From: Paragordius varius
Lineage: Eukaryota; Animalia; Nematomorpha
Direction of reading: 5' to 3'
Assembly (NCBI GenBank): GCA_964247055.1
Contig: OZ176055.1
Span: forward strand, 9,238,001 to 9,302,000
DNA length: 64,000 bases
Shown here one piece after another: positions 27,281 to 39,293 of this stretch (positions within the stretch are counted from its first letter, which is position 1; each line of letters starts with the position of its first letter). The position numbers and the translations under genes were made by a program. The notes under the pieces are model-generated. The model was not told the origin of the DNA. It ran no database searches and was given only the letters and a program-made list of their open reading frames with translations.

Positions 27281-27618
27281 AACAATTTTTGCTCTAACCA
27301 TTTTTTTGAATTTTCGGAAAATTTAAATGCATAACCTTTTTTCCATGAAAAAAACTAAATTTAACGACCAATATCACTAATAAATCTATTTTTTGCATAA
27401 TTATTTATTAAAGTTTACATCTGTGTTAATATTCAGGCGGAGGGGCTCAACATCATCAATACCATCATCAAAGATATCATCCGTATGGAACAAACAAAGG
27501 TGATACCAGCAGTTTAAATAATGCAGCAAGTGGTTCAAATGCTGCCCAAAACTCTACTCAATCTACAAATTTACCTCAAAATCAAAATAACAACAATTCC
27601 AATCATGCAAATAATTAA
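22298..27618 (+). CDS. CDK9: Cyclin-dependent kinase 9 with C-terminal extension; 12 exons (22298-22395, 22420-22501, 22529-22619, 22646-22809, 23116-23224, 24199-24273, 24486-24571, 25146-25277, 25734-25974, 26358-26536, 26922-26970, 27437-27618); ~495 aa
   Basis: [59 protein letters not shown]; all introns GT-AG (first three 24, 27, 26 nt). The last three exons rest on phase-compatible splice sites only. Confidence 0.95.
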
Positions 27619-28792
27619 TATATATAATATAACTTTTTTATTTAGTTTTTTATGACATTTGTACATATATTGTAATTATATAAATGATATAGTTATAAAT
27701 GAGTAAAATTATATATTGGAAATATTTATGGTGAATACTTTACTTAGGTTACGGGGAAATTCTGTTAAAAAACGTGAACAAATTATAAAATTATCAGGCT
27801 AACTAACCGAAACGTTTAAGTTTGATAAATGAACCCTAAATAAATTATTATCGGGTTGAGTTTTATTATCTAACCATTTTCCTTATTGGCTAGTGAGAAT
27901 AAAATTGTTACGGGGTGGAAGTTTATTATACGATGTTTGGTATAAGTTATTTAAAATTGCATTTTTGTTTGTAAAATTTAATTACTTAACTTCAATTGTT
28001 GTAATGAGATGGATATAAATATCTTATTTGAAACACCCGAATATTATTATATTTACGATTAAATATCGAACTATATTAATAATTGTGTCTTTTAAACATG
28101 GAAAACGATAGCCCCATTATTTTTTTTAAGTCATTGTGACTCTGTGGCGTTAATCGTAATCTTATAATTTAAATTAGTTCTTTTCTCTAGCAAAACTTCA
28201 GTAAAAAGGGGGGTTAAAAGAATCTCAGAAATTGTATTTTTGCGGCAGTTTTCTGAAACATTCGTCTTAGATTAATTTTATGAAGCCAAAAATAAATGAG
28301 CGCTTTCTTAAATTAGTCCCTTTGTAGAGAGATAAGAGTCTTTGTAGAATACGTTTTTAAATTTTCAGATGCTTCGGAAAGCATGTAGGCTTACATTTTT
28401 GGATATTCACGATAAAAAATGAAATTATACGAACAAAAATTAATATTTTATAAAAAATACGATCTCTTAATGTGTCTTTGAAGCATTTTAAACTTTAAAT
28501 TCAATCAATATACGTTGCTTTTTTTAGTGCGCGATCATAGTTGAGCCACTAACTATCAAAATCACACTTGTAATGTACCTTATATTTGAGGGATCCTAAA
28601 TACACCATTATAATAAAATTAATAAAGTATTGGTCATTGAAATATGGTCGAACTATTTTGCTTTTGATGTGCACTAGTTTTTTGAACCCAAATTTATAAA
28701 TTCAGCTCTATAAACCGAAATAAGTTTCTATAATCTAATTTCTAATACATTTCATTTAAATTCTTTATATTAGATTGTGTGCTAAATTATAA

Positions 28793-29976
28793 CACAGTGT
28801 TTACAAAAAAATAACCTGTTAAATCTGAGAGGAATATATATCAATTATGTGCTTTTGGTTGTGGCCCCTACGAGTGATATAAGAAAGTTATTTATACTTT
28901 TGTGGTAAGCACTCCATATCAGAAAATGGCAAAATTTGCGATCATTTTTTAAATAATTTTTTGGTGAAAGCTAAATGCTACATTCCAAAATATGCTTAAA
29001 ATATATTATAATCTACCTATAAAAGTAAAACAATATTATTAAATTTTTTTAGATGTGCGCTCCAAAAGTCTCAATTTTTTTCGCTCTTCTAAAATGAACT
29101 AGTTCTCTTAAACGCAAATATCCTGGGATTGCGAGAAAAAATTTTAAATATATACTAAATTTTGACACAAAATTTTTTTTAAAAAAATGCATACTTTTTG
29201 AAAAATTTAATTTTCATACTAGTTGAGGCATTGGAAACGGTATAAAAACGCTTTAAGATATTTAACACTTTTTCTATATAATTTGATGATGCAACACTAT
29301 CTATCACCTCAGAATTTAAACTAATATATTTATTGTCTTCATTTTTTTAAGTATAAATTTTGTTTATTTACAAAAAATTATCAAAATTTTGAAGTTAACG
29401 AACATTTAAATTAAAATCCAGATGCCATAATGTTCAGCATCATCAAATTATGTTGAAAGTGTTTTTACAATGTCTAAAAAACGATTTTATACCGTTTTCA
29501 TAATGCCTCATAATAGTATGTACGCTTCATCAAATATTAAAAATGAATTTTTGTAAAAAGTGTGCATTTTTTAAAAAATATTTATTTTGATGTCCAAGCT
29601 TGGTATATATTTGAGATTTTCATCCCGCAATCCAGGCATTTTTGCGTTTAGTTCAATTTCGAAGAGCTAAAAAATTTTGGACTTTCGGAGCCCACATCTA
29701 AAAATTAACATTTTTAATAATATCGTTTTTCTTTTATTGTATTTCATGATATTTTAAGATGTTTTCGGAATGTTTAACTTACACCAAAAAAATCATTTAC
29801 AAAATGTGCTCAAATTTACCATTTTCTGATATAAGCGCTTGCCACAAAAGTATAAATAATTTTCTTTACACGAAGGGCTTACACCAAAAGCACCGTGATA
29901 ATCCTGATACATTTTCCTATCAGAAATATATTTCATCAGGTAATTTTCTATACCTTCTGATTTTGGACGTAGTGTA
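28793..29976. mobile_element. Tc1/mariner-like non-autonomous element family C
   Basis: Left TAACACAGTGTTTACAAAA, right TTTTGGACGTAGTGTA; long internal inverted arms shared with 10400-11064 and 38190-39293. Confidence 0.7.
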
Positions 29977-31959
29977 AACAGTATTGGCTTTACGAAAAAA
30001 ACCGAGAAGTTTCAGTGTTTTTTATTGTTCTACCATATTATTATTGATAAAATAGGTATATTTTTTGTTGCTTTCTAACTTCTAAAGTTTAAAATTGGAG
30101 CACCGATAATAAAATAAACAACTGACGTTAACCTTATTTTATTAACATTTACCAACCATTATATACTTTTATTTTTCTGTTGTATTAGCGATTTGTATTA
30201 AATTAAAGAAAAGAAATGGCAAATACTTTTGTAATAACATTTTAAATCGCTAATACTACCCCAGGTAATGAAATGTCAACTGCATAAATTGGCGAACATC
30301 AATTTATAGTTAAAATTGCTTTTTTATTTTTTGAAGAATATTTTTGATAAATTATAAATGATAAATCATATCTATTATTTTTAAACAAAACTTTTGTTAT
30401 CCCATCTAAAATGATGTTAAGTACCTTATTAAATTTTTAGAAGGATAGATATGAATCTTTAAAATTATATATTAAGATGTTATTTATTTTATTTTTAAAA
30501 TGGTTTCCCTTTTTTAAAAAAAATAAAAAATTCATGTCACAAAACTGATGCTGACGTAAGAATTTTTTACAATCGTTTTTTTATAATTAAGCGCCCTCTT
30601 TATCAAAATTTACTAAAATATTTTCTTCGAATATGCCACAACCATTTGTAATATATCATTCGAAAGAGTACTGAAAACTCTATGAAATGCATAGTAATAT
30701 GTTTTACATCGATAGTTAAATATTGGAGATAGGAAGCGACAAACCCGCGAAGCGAGAGCGTCTTTGTCAATAAATATATAAAACTAATTGACGAAAATAG
30801 CTTAAAAATTGTATATAGGGCGATGAATGTCTAAAAAAAATATATAAGTTTTTTACAGTTAAAAACTTATTTATTCCTTTTGTTTCGTTAGACATTCATT
30901 ACACCATCTCATCTTTAAAAGGCTTATAATTTTAAAATATAAAAGACTAGAAATAAAGTTTAAGGCATTTTTGATCTTTTATAGCCATTATTCAAAAAAA
31001 TACAGTTATAACTATGCATTTTAGTATCCACTAGGTAAATATAATTTTGATATAATGATTTTTAAAAGCATACCAAAAGCTTTTTTGAAGATTTGTCTTT
31101 AATTTTATAATAATGTAGCCATGTTAAATATAAATTAATTTCTTCCATAAAAACTTTTTTATGGGTAAATTTTGACCATATAAAACCAAATAACTTTTAC
31201 GTCAGAATTTAAGTGACTAACTACCATCCAAAAGATTCAGTCTTTTGCGCCCATTCGAATGTTATAAAATACTTGACATATATCTAAAACTTTCAAGTAT
31301 AAAAATCGAGTTAATGTTAAATCGGGGACAAAAATTTTCGATAAACTCTAATAAAAAATTCTTAGGACCAATTTTTTCAGATACACTTTTGTCCTTAAAT
31401 GAAATAGACTAATTTGCAAAAACGACACTTTAAAAAGTCAAAATTTCGCTAATTTTGTTAAGGCAAAGAAAAATCAGGAGTCAAAAAATTGCTTTAAACG
31501 AATTTTTCACTTTTTATGTTGTGTCTTTGTAGTATAAATTATTTTTGTACATAAGAAAGATTTTTTAAAGTTAATTATTCTGAAGGCTTTTGCCGCAAAA
31601 TTATATAAATATAAATTAGAACCCAATTTATTTTACCTTATATTTTATATGCTATTTGTCACACGTGTTATTCGTTAAAGCCAAAATTGATGTACAATGG
31701 TTCATTTTTTTAATGTGTTAAAATGTACAATATACAAAAGGTAAAAAAAGTATGATAAAGACAATAAAATGCAATTTGGTAGTAATAAAAGGAAGGGTTT
31801 ACAAATAATTCTAGTGCTACACACTTTAGGATGGTATCATTTATATTATTATAATAATTTATAAACATTTCATATATCATATATCTATCTACCTTCATAA
31901 TTTACCGTGTTTACTATTAAAATAATTCTACAACTATCCTAAAAATCACATTTTTATAC

Positions 31960-32346
31960 ATGGAAATGAACAAAAAAATGAAATATCCTACTACCAGCTT
32001 ATCTCCACCACCTAATTCCATACACATCTCTGGTAATGATAAAATTTGCGAAAAAGATACAATGTTTCAAGGGCCGGAAACTGAATTGGAAGAAAAATAT
32101 TTGAAAAAATTAGAAACTTTGCTACCTAGCCTACAAGAAATTGAAACGCCTGAACATAACAACAATTACAATCATCCAAAATTAAATGACAATATCAAAA
32201 TTAATCCAGATGATTTGATCAAACCACAAGATGCCTTTAAGTTCGAATTGTTGAAAGAAGTCATAAACTACATTTATGATTTACAAGATATTTTAGACTC
32301 CGATGAGTCAATATATTCTTCTGATTGGGATTCTGATGCCAGTTAG
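31960..32346 (+). CDS. Intronless Id/Extramacrochaetae-like HLH protein (no basic region) with expanded loop, 128 aa
   Basis: Helix 1 YLKKLETLLPSL resembles Id CYSKLKELVPSI; helix 2 FELLKEVINYIYDLQDIL resembles VEILQHVIDYILDLQIAL; acidic rather than basic residues precede helix 1. Confidence 0.75.
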   Translation: MEMNKKMKYPTTSLSPPPNSIHISGNDKICEKDTMFQGPETELEEKYLKKLETLLPSLQEIETPEHNNNYNHPKLNDNIKINPDDLIKPQDAFKFELLKEVINYIYDLQDILDSDESIYSSDWDSDAS

Positions 32347-34468
32347 AGTTACTATGTCCCAAATATATTATCCGTTTATTATGCAATGTTAGTTTCCAAC
32401 AAAATGTAAATTGTATTATTGTTATTTATATATGTATATTAATGTGATTAAATTATATAATCTTAAATATATATATGAAGATTTTTTTGTCATATTGCGT
32501 ACTGTTTAAATAAATTTACAGGTGGCGCTAGCATCTAAAATCTATTCCTCCTACATTCCTTAACATCTGTTCACTAAATGTTTTCTCGAAAAGCAGAAAG
32601 AGGTCTTCTGTTTTCAAATTTGATTAATTTTAGCAAATACATCATTACCATATAATAGAAAATGAAGCATTAATTTTTGCACAAGTGTTGTTTTTCAATT
32701 TAAATTATTGACCTTTCTATATTTACATATCAATTTATTTTATAGTGTGTTTCTAAATATAAAATTTTGGTTTCAATTTAATGATATCCCTTACAATTTT
32801 TTTGTGATTGGGATCATAGATCCAAAACATTTGTTCCTGTTTTGTAGATTAAAGACAGATGAGTACAGGTTGCCACAACCCTTTGATATATGTCGTCTAA
32901 CACCGCGGATGTATTATGATTTAAATACCATCTTAGACCCGTAAGTTAATTATTTTACTCTTAACACTTTGTCTCTAAACTTCTACTCAACAGTTCCCAC
33001 AGATTTATGTGTCGAAACATTTATGTGACACAAGAAGGTGATGCCATGTTATACAGAGTGCGACCCTTCAAAAGGAATTTAATCCTGAACTATAGCATTG
33101 AATATACGAGGAATAACACCACTTATGATATGAGCACAAATTTAAATTTTTATACTAATGCCTTAAATTTCGATGTAGAGTCAGATATTTCAAAGCTTTG
33201 GTCTATGAGATACACGGTAATTAACAAATGCTAAACAACTTTTATTTCAATAAATTTAGATATACGTCGATATATTTCGAGATAATCTAAAATACATATG
33301 TCCTCTATGGGTAAGGCATTTGGGAGATTGTTTCAATTACAATCAATATATTTCAATAAGTATCGGCGATCATTTAATTAAAGTTAGAATTAAATTATAC
33401 GATACAGATAAATATTTTTTTAAAAGACAAAAAAAACATCAAAAAGACAACCATGCGTTTTTAAACCCTAATTTCTATATAAAATATTTGATTGTGATAA
33501 AATATATAATTGATTTCGTTACCACTTTCCATCTCTATTTCATTCTTTACATATTAAAATGAATTATATTCAATCTTATCCAGCTTAAAAAAGTACAATG
33601 GTTGGTCTCTTGAAATGTCTCTGTATTTATATGTTTTGTCTATTTTTTCCTTGTCATTTTTTTGACACCTGACAATAGGTAAGGATAGTACAAAGTTATA
33701 AACGAATTTATTTGTTGGAATATTACACCCCAATAGCAAACGCAACTACGCATGATTTTATAATAGTTAAAACACACCCTAAAAATTTGGCCTTTAAGGA
33801 ATCTAACCTAACTCTCTTAAAATTAATCTATGAAGAGGAATCAACCGATATTAATGGATCTTATAATACTAATAATAATCAAACATCAATCCAAATGATG
33901 AGATTAAACAATTTAAATGATTCTTAAACATTGTAACGATAAAAGTATGAGTACATTTGCTATATATATCGTTTTATAAGCAAACATGTTAGTGTTAATC
34001 TAATGGGAGTTAACGACATAAGCACATAAGTAATGGATGTGTTAAAAAAATATTTTTTTGTTAGTTTCGCAATAATTTGTGAAAGTTAATAAAAATACTT
34101 ATTATTTATTTTATTTTTACGTTTGTCAAAGATTACTTGTAGTAATCGAAATATTATAATAAATTTATATTATTTTTGCTGAATTATTCCATATATAATA
34201 ATACAATCACACTTCAGCGTAAACAATATCCAAAAATACTTATTTTTATTTCTTTCATAATAAATTTTAGTTAAAAATTAGATATAAATCGGATTAACAT
34301 TGTAAAAACCGAGCCTATTTAGAATTAATGCCAATCGTTACTGAAAATTAATTTGTAGTTAAAAAATGGAATAAACCCAAAATTTTAATAACTTTTGAAA
34401 TTCAATATTTATTAGAAGTTAATTTGTAAATATTAATAGATCAGGCATATCGACAAATTTATAATTTA

Positions 34469-35551
34469 CTAGCGTAAATCTCGTCGGACTTCTATAGGGG
34501 GGGGGGGGGGGGTATTTGAAATAAGGGACAATAAAATGATCCACATATGTGGATTATTTCGTAAAATTATTTAAATATGAAATATAAGAATTTTAAAACG
34601 TGCATTCATACCAATATATTGTTTACTTCGGGGAAAAATAGATTTAAAAATATATATTTGTAGACTTTGTTTTTTTTGAAAAAAATGGCATTTTACGGGG
34701 GTAGCGGGTAAAAAGAGGGCCTAAATCAAAAAGGTGAGTCGACTATGTTCAGCGCGATCGAAAATAAGTAAACAAAAATCATATTTGAAATTGAATGATC
34801 TAAACGTTCTACGGAAAATTGTCTCAAAGACACGATTTCTGTGGACTTCTGTTTTCAAAAAAAAAACCGTTTTTCACACGGGGTGGGATCGAACTGGGGG
34901 CCTATTTCAAAAAAAGGGCGAAGTTATTGTCGTGGCATTCATTAATGATTATATTTTTTCGATATTTTGATTTGATTGGGTTCACCGGTTTTCCGGAAAC
35001 AGATCACAAAGTTACATGAAAAATCAGTTTTTCGCGGGTAGCTCCTTACCCAGCAGCTATCATCATAGAAACGCTTGACTGAAATTTTTGCCTTTTAACA
35101 GGGAATACGTCGAATCTTTTTTAAATTTTTACGGCCGCATATCTAGGGCGAAAAATCGATTTAAAAAATTATTTTTGTGGACTTTGTTTTTTGAAAAAAA
35201 TGGTATTTTACGGGGGTAGCGGGTAAAAAGAGGGCATAAATCAAAAAAGTGACTCGACTATGTTCGACGCAATCGAAAATAAGTAAACAAAAATTATATT
35301 TGAAATTGAATGGTCCAACACGTTCTCCAGAAAATTGTCTCAAAGACACGATTTTTGTGGACTTTTGTTTTCAAAAAAAACCGTTTTTCATACGGGGTGG
35401 GCCCGAGGGCCTATTTCAAAAAAAGGGCGAAGCTATTGTCGGGACATTTATTAATGATTATATTTTTTCGATATTTGGATTTGATTGGGTCTACGGGTTT
35501 TCCTGTACCAGATAACAAAGCCAGCATTTTCCATTTTTATAAATATATAGA
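34469..35551 (-). mobile_element. Helitron-like non-autonomous element with an internal ~516-bp direct duplication
   Basis: Minus strand starts A|TCTATATATTTATAAAAATG and ends CTAG|T; ~34645-35000 is repeated at ~35161-35520. Subterminal hairpin is weak. Confidence 0.6.
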
Positions 35552-35718
35552 TTGCTCTCTCTATATATAAATATATAATAAATATCATTGGAAAGTGATT
35601 AAGGCGTATATGTTAGTTGCGTGAAGTGCGGAATTTATATCCTACGACGTTTTTCCAACATCACTAGAGCCTTTAATAAACTAAAGCTTAAGAAAAAGAA
35701 TCCCGCATTATTTTGTTA

Positions 35719-35984
35719 CAGTAAAAATTGAAATTATACGGACAAAACTTGAAAATATAAAGACACATATTAAAAAGATAATTATACCTTTTTAAACTTG
35801 ATTTTTTTAATATAACTCATTGTTTTAAACTACAAAGTATAATATGGAAATGTCAATTGGTTACACAATCATATGTTTTTATGATTGTAATTAAATGTTT
35901 TTTATATGATAAAAGTATGATTATCTTTGAAAAAAAAATATGTCTTTATATTTTTACATTTTGTCCGTATAATTTCAATTTTAC

Positions 35985-35986
<2 letters not shown>
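35719..35986. mobile_element. MITE family D (second copy at 62227-62519)
   Basis: CAGTAAAAATTGAAATTATACGGACAAAA / TTTTGTCCGTATAATTTCAATTTTACT inverted termini, TA-flanked. Confidence 0.85.
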
Positions 35987-36015
<29 letters not shown>

Positions 36016-36649
36016 GAACAGATTTTTCGATTTATTCCATGTTTTTGGATAAAACCACTTTTTTGGATCAAAGTATGATTTGTATATTAATATATATGCA
36101 AGAAATATATGTATTATTGAATGAGGATTCCTGTAAATGGGATTTACCACCTGGAATATACAATTTTATCTCATACTCCTTTAGGGACCGTTTTATGTAA
36201 AATATATTTATATATAATATTGGTAATTTGCCCGTACATTTTCATTCAAACATGAAAACCATTCGCAGCTCTTCCTACAGAATTTACCCAAAGCATTCAT
36301 TCTAATAACACAATTGTAGTGACCATTCATAATCAATTTGCAAAACATCATATGATGGATAGACGGTTAAATTTTAGCATAGCTTCGCAGGTTAATTATC
36401 TTGGAGAAAGCTTATTTTATCTCATCAATTATATGTGATATCAGTAAAATAAGGTAATGTCTAAATTTTACAGTTCCGTCCATTTTAATAACATTTTCAA
36501 GCGTTTGATATTATCTAAAGGACGCGCGTTAATTATCTTAGATGTGTTAATGTTAATTGTTGTTCAATTCTTTGAGGGTCTATTCTCTAACTTGTTCCAT
36601 TGATAATGCATTCATATAAGATATATGGCTATCACTAAATCATTTACAA

Positions 36650-36880
36650 TATTCTAAATAAAGTCCCAAAGTAGCGGTTTTAGTCCTTTTAGGTCAAATT
36701 TCTAAACAACAGCTATCATACTTTGGGCACATGATTCTCGTTAGGAAAGGTTCTGAAACTCGGTAAACTAAAATCGCCGCAGATGTACGTATTGGATGAT
36801 GATACTAGAAGGTTACCAGCTCATCTCTTTACACACTAACACAAATGACCGAAAATAGATGAAGAGAATAATGTTTATAT
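36650..36880 (+). mobile_element. RTE-like LINE 3' remnant in an intron
   Basis: LLGQISKQQLSYFGHMI, resembling RTE/BovB LKLQYFGHLM. Confidence 0.55.
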
Positions 36881-38189
36881 GAAATTGCATGAAATGGTGA
36901 TCAAACATTAAGCATCAATCATCATTATTATACTGGAATTATAAAAATTGAATTGGTTTATATAAAAAATTGTCCATTCCCCTGTATTTTTTTGGCCTTT
37001 TTTCAATCAGGTACATCTCCAATGACTTAGACCTAAAAATGTAGCCAAAGTTAAGAGTAGTATGGTTTGAACGAAAGCAATGACATATCAGGGTTAATTA
37101 ATTTTTAGGATTGTGTAATTTGATCGGATCAATTATTTAGTAAAATTCCTTAACACTCATAGTAAGAAATTTAGCCGTTGGTCGAATTTTTCATAGTTCA
37201 TTTCAAAAATTGAATTAGGATTAATAAAACAAACCAATTAGATTGTTATGAAACTTCTAGGTTAATGTGTTCAGTTCGGTCAAGATCGTAATCAAGTCAT
37301 GGGCGGCATTCCCCAAATATTTGGCCATTAACAAATTTTACTAGTTTCTTGCCAAAATTTGGGTAAACTATTCCCAAAATTTGTTCAAATTAATTAATTT
37401 TAGATTTCGTAAATAATTTATTTGAAATTTCCGGGCTGCATAAATATTTTATTGTTTGGGCGTTATTCCTCCTAAATGTTTTTGCTATAAAATATTATAT
37501 AACTAAATTTATAAAAATTAACATAGTATTATATCTAGTGAAGTCGAATTACCGTGTTTCCGGAACAGAAAAAAGAAACGATAGGAAATCAATCGTTTCT
37601 TTTTTTCAAAATAATGTTCATCAGATTCTATTCAGATCATATATGACCTTGCCAAAAAATTAATCAATTGCCTTTTGTAAAAAATCGTTTGTAAAGTTGT
37701 TTTAAAACGTTTACATATATATTAAGGCTGCTCTCAAAGGGTATAAAAGAACCCTAAGAAGAGTATAATGCTGCTAGGGAATTTTTTTCATCGAGAAGGA
37801 ATTTTAAAATGTTCAGACATGTCATGTAAAAAATCAATTTGCCACGTTTTCTGACCCATTCCGGTCGTTTAATGAAAGCATATTTTATGGTTTTTTGTGA
37901 GAACCTGTATTTTATATAAAATAAACCATTTGCACTACAAGAGTGTCCTTAAACAATTCAAGTTGGCCTCAAAATATTACTTTGGGCCATAAAAAGTAAC
38001 AAAGGTATTTTTTCTAAATTATTATTAAATGTTAGATTTTGCTGTTGTTATCCCGTTAACTCTCATGCCTTGTAAAAAATACTTATTATTTTAACTTTTG
38101 TAATAATAATACCTATTACAATCCATCTCTTATAAATTATTAAAAAATATTTTTTAGAGTGTGCTTATATTTATTATTATAAACACTAT

Positions 38190-39293
38190 TACACTGTGTC
38201 CAAAATCAAGAGGTATAAAAAATAACCTGATGAAACATATATATTCTGATAGTAAAATGCATCGGGATTATCATAAGGCTTTTGGTTTTGACCCTTAGGA
38301 GTAAAATAAGTAAATTAACACTTTTGTGGTAACTGATGTAACTGCTCCATATCAGAAAATGGAGAAATTTGCGCACATTTTTTTAAACATATTTTTTTAA
38401 TGAAATCTAAAAGCTTCATTCCAAAAAATTCATTAAAATATATCAAAAACTACACAAAAGTAAAACAATATATAAAAAAATTTAATTTAAAATGTTTTAG
38501 TCTTCTAAATAAAGCACTTCTAAACGCAAAAATGCCGATATTGACCGATAAAAATTTTAAGTATATATGATAAATTTTGATATAAACTAAAAATATTCAT
38601 TAAGAAACGCATAACATTTTCAAAAAATAAATTTTTAGCAAAACGCGTACTTCAAACTATTTTGAGTCATGATGGAAACGGTATAAAAACGCTTTGAATT
38701 ATAATATTTCTCTAAATTCAATGATTCTTAACATTTCTATCGCTTCAGAATTTATTTAAAGGTTCGTTTGCGTAATTTTCGGTGAAATTTTTTAAAAACA
38801 CCTAATCGATATTAAATATGAATTTGAGGACGAACTAATATTTTCAATTAAATTCCAAAGTGATAAAAATGTTAAGCATCATTGAATTATAAAGAAAAAG
38901 TGTTTTTATACCGTTTCCGTCATGGCTTAAAATAGTATTTCCAACAAAATTTTGCAAAAAATCAAATTTGTGAAAAAATATGGATTTTTTTAAAAATATT
39001 TTAGTTTATATCCAAATTTAGCATCAATTAAAATTGTTCGCCCAATCCGGGCATTTTTTCTTATATTTTAGGAAAACTAGCCCATTTTAAAAGAGAAAAA
39101 TTTGGGACTTTTGGAGCCCTGATTTCAAAATTAAAATTATATAAAAATATTTTTTGCTTTTATATAGTTATTGATATATTTTAGGGATATATTAAGAGTA
39201 AAGCATTTAGCTTGCATCAAAACATTTTGCCATTTCTGATATGGAGTAATTACCACAAAAGTTAAAAAAAACTTTTTTTTCTGTGGACACTGT
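38190..39293. mobile_element. Tc1/mariner-like non-autonomous element family C, near-complete
   Basis: TACACTGTGTCCAAAA at left, TGTGGACACTGTGTTA at right, long imperfect inverted arms. Confidence 0.75.

Noticed and set aside
34734-35570. Duplicated small ORFs as a gene pair
   Set aside because: They lie in the tandem-duplicated interior of a Helitron-like repeat, with frames not conserved between copies
37575-37612. Hairpin AAAAAAGAAACGAT..ATCGTTTCTTTTTT as a terminator
   Set aside because: Eukaryotic intron; an isolated AT-rich palindrome, probably transposon-derived
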